Shown: in pieces, positions 22,301-34,300 of the stretch | Layout: every line of letters starts with the position of its first letter | How positions within the stretch are numbered: the first letter of the stretch is position 1 | IMG/VR virus record: IMGVR_UViG_3300029268_000010 | Location: 26,516 to 90,515 of that record | Origin: a virus | Reading direction: 5' to 3' (one strand) | DNA: 64,000 bases | Notes under the pieces: model-generated | Database searches by the model: none | What the model was told of the DNA's origin: nothing | What the model saw: only the letters and a program-made list of their open reading frames with translations | Position numbers and translations under genes: made by a program

Positions 22301-25300
22301 GAGGTCAATGGAAAGATAGTACCGATAGTAGATATTATCGATTTTTGGTTTACCAAGTCTGCAGTAAAGGGTTACGAAACACAACAGGTTGAAAAGATGG
22401 CCGCTTATGCAGCATTATTAACTGCTAATGGTTATCATATCAATAAAACAGTTCTTTATAATGTAGTTGAAACAACGGTCAATGGAAGAAATGATGCTAC
22501 CTATGGTGGTACTTTTGTACTTAATGAAGATGAACTTTCAAAAAGTATAATTACTATGACCGGTCCTTCTAAAATGAATATTGCCAGTAGTATTCCATTC
22601 AATGACAAAACCATTCTTGTTTCCGAAGAAGAATACATGGAAAATGAGAGAGTCATTATTGATGATAAAAATACAAAGTATGCAGTAGGCAATAGATTTT
22701 ATTCTCCAAAAGACAATATAGTTTATAGAGTTGATTCTTTAACCCAAACAGGTGTAAAGACTCCAAAGATTGCTGTCTGGATGAAGAATAATAAAAATGA
22801 CAATGTAGAGAAGTTTACTTATCGTCAAACAGAGAATTTTTTACCTTATGATCCACAGAATCCTCCGTTATGGAAGTCGTCAGCTGTTCGTTTCAAAAAT
22901 GAAGGAACTTTTTATTCCAGTAATGCCCATACATTGGTATTAGGATTTCAGGGTTGGGGCGTAGATCCTTTGGAGAAATTACTTCCGACATATAGAAAAG
23001 GTTATTGGGATATCAAAGACGTTTTTGGAGATATACATAATCCTTTCCTATCTATTAAAAATGATATTTCTGCTACTATTGATGATAGGAGTAAGAATTA
23101 TATAATGAGAGTTTATCAGAATCTCCCATTCTTACAAATTGATACCGATGGAAATATTCTTCCTATTATTGGTAATACTGGTTATGCTGTTACTGTTGAG
23201 TTGAATGACAAACAAATAGATAAACTGATTAAAAATTTACCTATTTTAAAGAAATATGGCATTAATGATATCGATACATTTAAAAGATATGGATTTCATA
23301 TAATTGGTTCTCTTGGAAAACCTGATATCAATTTTAAAAATAGTGACGGAACAAGAAATTATGTTTCTGATGTTGATATTGATGCTTTCATAAAAGGAAC
23401 AAAGACAACAGAAGAAATATTTAAAAATGCATTTGCTGGAGATCCTGATGCAGAATTACGCAAATTAAACATTGAATATAATACTGAATTACTAAATAAC
23501 ATACGTGTTGGTATGCAGAATAATGGCATTGTAAGTACTAATGTCACTATGAAAAACAGAGAATTAAATGTTAGTTTTAGTAATAACAATAAATCATATA
23601 AAGATTTTGAAGAACAAATGGATTTCCAGGGTTTGACTGTTGAAGGTAAACCTAAAGCAGAACAACAAGCTGGAAAAACACATTTCTATGTTACTGTAAA
23701 CAGAGGAAAGCAACAAGAGAATGTGTCAATACAATTCGATAGCCGCGAAGTTGATTCAGCGTATATTCTTGGTACAATAATGAAAAATTATGATGATAAT
23801 AAACTTATCATCAAAGAAGTATTGGACCGTATAGAGGAATTGATGAAAGAGGAAGCTCCAAAGAATTCCACAAAAGAAGAAATTGAAATTTTCGAAGAGA
23901 AGAAATTAAAAGATGCCGGATCTAATGCAAGTCAATTATGGAAAACATTAAGAACTACTGAATTTTATCAGTTTCTTATGCATAATAAGAGTGTTCTAAA
24001 GAAGAATTCTGAGTTTGATAATTATATGAATATCGGAAAGAAGATCACATTCAAAGGACAGTCTACAGAATATAAAATGAAAAATATTTCCAGGACTCTT
24101 GAACGTATAAGAGAAATGGCAGAAAAAAATAGTGTTAAGTTTTACATGACCGCATTTGATCTTGATAAAACTACTGGTGAAAAAATAGTTCGTACCGAAA
24201 ATCTTGTTACTAAAGTTTCATCAATATCACAAAGAGAATTTCATGTATCAGTACCCAAAAATATAAAGAGTAAACCGGCGCCAGCTTCTACTTTTGCTCC
24301 ATTTAAAAGAATTGATGGTGAGTTTACGGATGATGATCTGATTGAAGAATCGTTGATGCGTGCAGAACTTTATAATCTTATAGGTAATCTTGTCGATACA
24401 AAATTATTTGTAGATCCTAATGGTTTTGTGCTTTCTAATGATGGTGTTAATTTGTGGGGGGCCGTAAGGGATGGATTAATTGAAATAAGTACGGTAAGAG
24501 GAAGGGTTCATAAGGCAGTAGGAAGACATGAGGCAATACATTTTATCTTGCATTATATGGTAAGACCTGAAATGCGGGAGAAGATCATTGCTGATGCCAG
24601 AAATCAAATGGTAAGGAAAGGATATAAGGACTTATCATATATTGGAGTTCATGAATATATAGCAAGTTTATTTGAAACTAAACCGATTAGAAAAGCTACT
24701 ACTATTTTAGAAGAATATCTTCGTAAGTTCGTGATGTGGGTTACTCGCGTTGCTCAGCAGTGGGGTTTATACAATAATCATCTTAATGCATTCATGTATT
24801 CTGCAAGAAGTGGTTATTATCGTGATCAGCCGGCAATGAATCAGAGTGATGGTTATACTTTTGAAATGCGTCCTAATAATTACTACAATTCTTTGGATAT
24901 GAAAGAACTTGTAGATAATGTTTTCCCTGGTGATGCAAAAAGAATGGCTACTATTTTTAAATTAATTCCTGATTGGAAAAATTTCTCATCATTTGGAAGG
25001 AATTTGAAACACTATAATCTTACTTATGGCATGCAGTTATTGGCTATGAGAACATTATATCGTGAACTTGATGAATCATTACCTACAAATGTTACTGTAC
25101 GTGTAAGAGAGATAACCAATGAAGAAACACAACAAACTGGTAAACTTTATAATTATTTCGAAGGTAATGTAAATGACATGTCTCCGAATGTTCTCAGTAT
25201 TGCTGTTGTGAATAGAAGAGAATCTGAGATGAATGATAATGCCATTGAACGATATATCATTAATAGGTTTGCTCAGCAACCAGAAGTGATGTATTCATTA

Positions 25301-28300
25301 ATGCAAGATCTATTTGAGAATATTGACGTTGAAAGAGCAATTAATTTAACATTTTCTGATTCTAAAAATTCTCCTACAGGTAATAAAGGAACCAATGTGA
25401 TTAAAAGGGATAATGAATTATTTGATCCAATGACATCACAATCTCCCATGTTACGTAAAATCCTTTCGTCACTTACTTATTATAGTCACAAAACAGGTGA
25501 AAGACAACACAAATTCATCAGAGAGGCTACTTTGCAATATATATTAATTGATACTGTTGCTACTTTAAAACAAAAAGGAACTAATCCTACTATTGCGGAG
25601 ATTATTAAATCTATGCGTGGGGAGTTAACAAAGAAGTCCGTAAATACAGAACATAAAAATATCATTTATAGTTTCCTTCATGAATTTGGTGAGGAAAATA
25701 ATGGTTATGAAGTCGAAGATATCATTACCAGGGATAACGAAGAATTAAAAACCAGTTTTGCTGACTGGGGAATGGTGTATTTTATCGAACATGCTGAAGA
25801 TTTGAAACAGGCATTTCCTGATATGAAGGAAAGGATCAATGATAAAGTATATGAGGCCAGGGCAATGCTTAATGGAATAGTTTCTTATTATCAGTCATTA
25901 CAAACACTTGCAGCTATAAAAGGAACTGTCAATAAAGATGGCAGTATAGATTTTGAAGAATTTGGTAAGAATCTTGAGAATGTAGTAAAAGCTGATTTAA
26001 GAAAAATAATGCGAGATTCGGTTCTTACTTCTGATAAATCTACTATTGCTAAAAGAATTAGTGAAACTTTTATTGGTCCAAAAAGAAGATATGTATTTCA
26101 TAAAAGTACAGGAAAGAATCCTGTTATGGGATTGTATGAAGTATCTACTGATAGATTAATAATATCTACAAGTACATGGAGAATTGCTGCAGTAGATTAT
26201 AATGCAATATCTGAGTTTTTAGGTTTATCTAAAAGATTATCTGATAGTGAGGTTCTTGGTACTGTCAATAATCAAACACTTGGTCAACAGTTTTTTTATA
26301 TGGTGGCCGGTCTTGCTGTTTCGTCTGCAATTAGTACAAGTGCAGATTTAGCTTTTAAAGACGTTGACGAAAACAAATTGTTATTAGTCGATGATAAGGG
26401 CGTCATTATTCCTAACAAAGATTATATAAGAGAAATAGAAACTCAGGTAAACAGTAAATTAGGTGTTGATGATAAAGGGAAAAAGATAACTTATATGAAT
26501 TTTCCTGAGTTAAAGGAATTACTCGATACGTACTATAAAGACAATGGATTTCAAGCAGAAGATATAAAGAAAATTGAAGTTGGTGAGAATATCATTAATC
26601 TAAAGATGAAACTTTATATTCCTGATCAAATATTTACTTTCTTCAAAGAAATAGCAAAAGGACTTATTTATGAAGGTCGTTATGATAATAATAGGATGAT
26701 CATGAATGTTGACGATGAACCTGTTTATATTCATATATACAGTTCTTTGTTTGCTGAGTTATGGAATTCTGGATCATCACAGACTGTTGCTAATATACAG
26801 ACTCGTATTAAGACAGAAGATACAAAAGGATCCCCGTTATATTCTATTGAAAAAGATAAAAAAGGGAAAACCACTATTGTTTACAATAATGCCGCATTAA
26901 ATGGTAAATTAGGATGGGAACCATATGCCCGTAATTTTGGATTAGAAAAAGTATTTAAGGCATCACAGTTTAAGAATATGACTATAAAGGATGTTCTTTC
27001 TTATATGATTGAGTTGACTGATGATTATATGAGTAACAAAACAACATCTGATACTTATCCTGTAATGTTTGAAACATTTTCTGATAAGAATTTCTCTCCT
27101 ATACTTCCGACTTATGCTATGGACCAGGGAAACAAAATCAAATTATTTAAGATTGAATACAATGATGAATTAGGTAAATTTCAATATATAGTTGATGAAA
27201 CTCATATGGTAAGTATCATTGATGATATTGTACGGTATTATGATCGCGTTAGAAAATTAGCAAATAAAGACATAATGCGTGAATTTAAAATGTCTACTGC
27301 AGAATTCAATAATTACATATCTACAATAAGTCCTAATAGTTCTGCTGGAATGGATGTACGTTTTCGTTTAGAGGAAAATGTTCATTTTGTAATAAAAGGT
27401 AATACTTTTTTACCAGGAAGAGCATTTGCTTCTGATAATGTTTACAATGAAGCATTTTCACAGAAATGGAATGCCGAAACAGAAGGTGGTAAATACAATT
27501 TAATAAGGAAAGCACATCATGATCAATTTTTGAATTTCGGTAAGTTGATAAATGAAAGTGGATATGTATTACCCAAACAAATTCTTTCTAAATTTTCTCA
27601 TTTCGGAATATATCAGCAAGAAGTGGATGAAGAAACAGGTGAAACATTAAATATTACACTTGCACAGTTATATGCTGAAAGAAAATCGACTCTTAAAAAA
27701 TTAGATCTTCAGATAAAAGAAGAACAAAATCCTGATGTAAAAAACACTCTTATAATTAAACATTCTACTGAGAAAATCAGATATAATGAATTAATTAAAA
27801 CATTCAATGAAGGTATTGCTGAGAAAAACTTCATGATGCCTTCTGTTAAAAAATCAATACTTCATGGAGAAACTTCAATTGAAGGAGAATGGCATCCATT
27901 TCTTGAAACAATGTACTGGATGTTCCATATGATGAATGAAACAATATCTCCATTATACAGGGGTCCTTCTATTTATTATCAGGATATCACTGATTTCATT
28001 AAAAGAGCTGCAGGAGATAATGCACCGGGTACTACAATGGTCGCCCAGGATGGCAATGGCATAGGTTCTAAAATGAATTTTATTGCCTTTAATGATATTC
28101 CCGGGTTCAATGAATTATTTGATGAAAAGACAGATCCATATCATGATTTACATACCAATGGTTTTGTTCCGGCAAATCCAGTAAGTTATAAAATGATGCA
28201 GCACTCTTCTGGTGATGCTATTGGAAATATATATCAGGGAGCTTTGAAACCTGTATATAAGTACTACGATCCTATTAAGAACAAAGAAGTATATCTTAAA

Positions 28301-31300
28301 ATGGCAATGATGCCCATTACGTTCAGTCAGTTTAAGAATCATATTTACTATCAGACTTTAATGAGAACATTCCTTGGAGAGAAATATTGGAATGAATATA
28401 ATGAGAGATTATTTGAAAATAAGGAATCTTATAGTGCTGCTGTTGAGGAAATGGCAAAAAAAGCATGGGAGTTTAATCCTGACGGAAGTACCAATAGAGA
28501 AAAAATGGTTGATTTTGCGGTTCACAGATCCGCATATAAATCAGGTGTGACTAAATTAAAAAATTACACTACTGATGTCAATGGAAATGTCATAGCAAAT
28601 CCAACATTTAATAGTTCAGAGAACAAACAAGAAGTATTTACTGAACATTTCAGAATACAGACCATTACACGCCAGGAAACTATCGATACACAGAAAACCC
28701 TTCCCACACAGATATTGTCCGCATTAGGGGCTTTGGATCATAACCAGAAACTTATTACAAGGATAAATGCTGCTCTTTCAGGTTTTGCTACACTGGTTAA
28801 TGATGAAGTATCAAAAACATTGGGTAATGATATAGAACATTCTAAAGCAAGAATAGCGCTTTTATCAAAAATAGGCAAAAGGAATATTGGTATTTCTACG
28901 CAAGCTACCAAATATGGTAAATTAATGACCACTCTTGGTATTCATCCTGATGTATTGCAGAATAAACATGTTAACAATATCATTTCCTACATTAATGATT
29001 ACATAAAACCTTCCATGCCCGGACAATCTTATGTCCAATTGCCACATATAGGTAATATTTTCCGTAATAAAAAAACAGGACAATTATTCTTGGCTCAGGA
29101 TATTGGTCTTGGAAACGATTCTGTTATTCATCCAGAATATGATAATATAAAATTGAAACCTGGCACTTATTTATGGAATGATGGAACCAATTGGAATGAA
29201 TTCACACATGATAGGGATCAGTTGGGTAATATTACTAAAACCGCGTATGATAAATTCAAAGAATTAGCTGAGGCAAATCCTAATTCAATAAAGTATCGTC
29301 CTGCAGATGTTGTTATGCCCTTTCAGTACATGAATAAATTTGGACTTACAAAAGATATGACTTTGCAGCAAGCAATGACATTAGGACCCAAGGAAAAGAT
29401 CAGCATGTACGAAACCGGTGTAAAAGCAGAAAGAAGAACTGTTACTGATACTTTCAACTTCCTTAATGAATTATATCTTAATTATAATGCTTTTGAAATT
29501 CGTGATAGTCTTCCTGCAGCAATAAAGGAAGAACTTAAAAAGCGACTTGATGAGAATAGTGTATTAAAAGGAAAGATTAAAGAAAGACATTTAGATAAAG
29601 TTACAAAAGAAGTTGAGAAGAGGTTTTTCTTACAAGAAGCAGATAGTAATAATGCTGAACTTGTAAAAAAGAATACTGGAGAGAAGATGCTCGCTATTCA
29701 GAATAAATTAGATCATCTTTTATTATCTGATATTAATGCTACTTTGACTGAAATGGCAAAATACTATACTTCCTTCAATGATGCACTTGATGTTTATCTT
29801 GTACGTATTCCTACAACAAATGCTTCGCTGGCTTCATTAGGAAGAATTGTAGCATTTGAAAATGATTTGGACAACGCAATACTCATATCGTCTGAAAAGA
29901 ACATTCTGGATGGTTCCGACTACGATATCGACCAATTATCTGTTTATTTTAGGGCAGTAGATAAATATGGTACAGTAAATACCAGTGATCCTGATAAGGT
30001 CATGGATGATAAGAATGCTTTATTCAAAGCATATCAGAATATGATATTTGATTCCGTTCAGGAATACTATCATAACATCAAGAATCATCCAATGGTACTC
30101 GGTAAAATTGATCTTACCAATATTAAAAATAAAGCAAAGGTTGTTACTGATGCAACAGAAATGCACAATGCTGATATTTCTACTACTTTGGTGGCTAATG
30201 TTGTTAATTTCCTTGGTGGTGCTATGGTGGGATATTTTGCTAATCAGATGAATTTTACTTTTAAATTACTGCATGTTCCTTTAATAACTCAGAGAGATTC
30301 TAATGGTAAAGTTGTTAGGAGAGGCAGAACAGATCAGTCTACAGAAACAAAGATGTTTGATTTATCGCTTGGTGCTATATTTGATGAATCACAGATCCCT
30401 GGTATGGCAGATTTTATCAATAACCTTGTAAATGCTTCTACTGATAATGCGAAACTTGCCGGGGCTATAGGTAAGTTAAATGCAAATCAGGCTACGGCCG
30501 GTGTTGTAAATGGAGCTACACTTGTTGGATTAACCGTTGAAGAGAAATTAAAAGGATTAACTATTGAGGATAAGGTTTTAGCAATAATAAATGATCCTAT
30601 CATTAAAGAAGCTTCAGCTGTTGTTTTGAATTCTATGGCAGTTACTACAAAAGGTGGTAGAAAATTTATGTGGAATGTTCTCAAGGCAAAATTAAAAAAA
30701 GGAGAACAAAAATATACTGTAGAAGAAATTGCAAAAATCAATGATTATATTAAGTTTGCTTATATCGGAGAACAGGTTCGTAGATTTGGTGATATAGTAA
30801 AGATCCAACAGGAATTTGATGTTAATCCAGAAGATTTTATTAGGCAGAAAAATAATATTGAGAAAGCATTAGGAATGTCAATGGGTGACTTCCTTGCAAA
30901 AATAAAAACTATTCGTCTTGACGGTTATTCTGTAAATGATCAGATGAACTGGCTTAAAAAGAGTTTTCCTAATAGTTTTAATGCATCAACTAGTGGCAAA
31001 TCAAATATTGAGAATGAGTTACAAATGCGTTCGATGATTAATATTCCTATGGTTGTTGCACAAATGCCCAATCTTGTTTCTTATGTACAGGCAGCATATA
31101 ATATTGATAATTTTTTAAGTCAAACATTTACTGTTTATAAAGACCAGACGGTTTTGAATAATCTTCTGCGTTTAACAGGAAGGGATATATTAACATTTGA
31201 TAACGAGATAAAAACATTCTATGATGAGTATAAAAAGTATGTGGAAGGTTTATTTATTTCTGAGAAATATAACAATGTAAATATGTCTATTAAGGATGTT

Positions 31301-34300
31301 GAACAACATATTTTTAATTTAGGTAATGTAAAAGAAAGAACACATTTTGCATTGTTAATTCCTTATTTTGTTCAGGAGCTTAAGAAGGATGATATGTATA
31401 AGAGGAATGAGTTTGTCAATAATCTTGATATTATCAATTTAAAAGGTACTCCATTTAACTATATTGGATTTCCTAATACTATTGAAATGGATGATTACAG
31501 AAAGACTCAGTTCTCAAATGATTTCGAAAAATTACCAAGAGATATTCAGAGGATATTTAGAGCATACCAGATAATTACATACGGTTTTAAATATAAAATG
31601 GGTAGTTATAATGAGGTAACAGATATTGAGAATGAGTTAATGTTTTCTGAGTGGATTGACAAAAAAAACATGAATGATATAATAAAGGATCCTATTAATA
31701 TTGTTCGTGAATTAACTTCAAAGAATGCAGTCCTTGTTAATACTTCTATTGAACATAGAAGTAATAATAATATTGTTTATTATAGGTGGAATTTTGATCC
31801 TGAAGAGACTCCACAAATAATGGAAAATGATTTTCCGTTATCTTCGCCATATCCAAGGTTTATGAATTCTTATACTGGGAAAGTAACCGCTATGAATAAT
31901 CCAGTAACAAGAAATGTTAATGTTGATGAGTTAATTGAATTGGATGAAAATGGCATAGAGAAAAAGACCAGGATAAGATCTCATTATTCAAATGGAATTA
32001 TAAGACGTGCAACTTATAACAACATGATAGAGAATCAAGAAATAATAAAATCACATTATTTGATTGAAGGAAATCATGAAGCACATCCTGAGAGATATGC
32101 TATAACTACCGACGGTACTCTTGTTAAAGTATTTAAAGATTCTTATACTTCATGGAGTATGCAGAAATTGGCTGGTGTTTCAACGAAAGTAAATCCATCA
32201 GTTCCATTAAGTGCTGTTAATAGTAAATCATCGATTGATGTTATTAATTATATTGTTGATAAGATCCGCTTAGCATTTCCTAATGTAACTATTGAATATG
32301 TTGATAATTCTACAACAGAATATTCGGAATATATCAGTTATGTTAAAAATGGAGTTGTTTACCTGAATAGTGATAAGATTAATAATGATACTGCGCTACA
32401 TGAAATAACACACATTTTTTTAGATACTTTAAAGTATACTAATTTTGAACTTTATAATGTATTAAGAAATAAAGTTATTGATCTTATTCAGACTAATGAC
32501 GCTGTTGTTCTGGCTATGATGGAAAATGAACATTATGCAAACATGAATGATGAAATGTTCATAGATGAAGTTATTTCTAACATTGTCGGGTTTAATACTT
32601 ATGAAAAAGCAATAGGAACATTACTTAATCAGGGTGTAAAGAATGCTCAGGAAGCAAAGAATTTTGTTGAAAAGTTCATTGATAGCATTAATGATTTTTG
32701 GAACTGGGCAAAACGTCTTGTTCTTCGTTTATTTGCTGTTAAATTAAGTAACAATATTCTTTCAAAGATAACTCCTAATAGTACTATAAGGGAAATATCA
32801 GAGGCCATAGCAAGAGAATTACTTGCAGGCAATACTATTAGTTATATTACAAGTAATAAACTTGCTAATTTAAATTCGGCAGTTAGACCATCAGTATCTT
32901 TGGCAACGAGTGTTTCTGATATAGCCGAGAATCTTATTAATGTGAAAAATCTCAAAGAGTATGAGGATTTTGATTTTGGTGAAAAAATAAAATATTTTAG
33001 AAGGAAATTAAAAATTTATAAAGGCATCCTTCCAGCAAAATATTTAGGTATTGCAGTAGACTTTAATAAAATTGATGTTAATCAGTGGGATGATGAGATT
33101 GGTAAGATCATTAAAGAATACGATACAAAAGTTCCTAAGTTGGTTGATAATTTATTGATATTACTTGGAAAAGAAAAAGGTTCTGTAAGCAAATCAATAG
33201 ATATATTCGGAAAAAATAAAAATGGAGATGCGTTGTATAAAGAAGATGTACTTGACAGGTTCCTGCATCAAATAGCATATTCTCCAGCGACTAAATATAT
33301 GCGTTTTAGTTCTCTTGCAAATGATCCTCAGTTCTCCCATCTTTATGATGAAAGATTTAAAGGATTTGATCCTATAATTGGAATTGAATCTGTCGGTGAC
33401 CAATTAGTATTGTCCATATTTGATATAACCAATGAACAAATATATAATCCGGCAATAGGTAGTGAGGATAAGAATATTCTCTCTAAGTTCATTACAGATA
33501 AGGAGGCAAGACGTAACTCTATTACAATGTCAAATACCAAAGGTGATGTAAGGAGTTTAATGATAGGATTGCTTACAAATCACCTTAAGAAATCATTTAG
33601 TGGTGTCCGTATTTTCCATTCTGGTGTTATTCAATTAACCCCAGGATATAGTATAATGAATGTAGTATTTAACAATGACCTTGCTATGAATATGCTTAAC
33701 ATAGGAAAACAAGGAAAGTTCATGAATAGTATAACTGATCCTTACATTCGGGAAATGTTCTTAAAAGACAATATATATATTGCTGAACAGGACTATGAAG
33801 ATTCACTAATTAATTTCTACAATAATTTTAAGGATATATATTACAAAAACGGATTACAGGAATTTAGGGAAAGTAAAGTTAGTCCAGTGGATATTTCTGA
33901 AAAAGTAAGAATATTAAATTACAGATTAAGTGAACTGATTAAAAAATCTAATTTAACTTATATCGATAACAGAGAACTTTATCTATTGATGAAAACTATT
34001 CTTGATTATAATAAATTGAAAATTACAGATTGGCAGTTCAATATAGGAAATGATATTGATACTATGCAAAAAATGTTGAAACCGCAGTTCAATATAAGTA
34101 ATGAAAATATTCAGGTTATCTACAATAAAATGATGGAAACATCATATAGGATCGTGGACCGAATAATGAAAGACTACAAAGAAGATTTTAATGTTTTACT
34201 TGTTAAACTCATACAAAAATTTGAAAGTACAAATGGTAAAATTGAAGGTTTCACGCATGATGTAGTTGCCAAAATCTTCGGTAAAATGTGGGTTGAGGTA

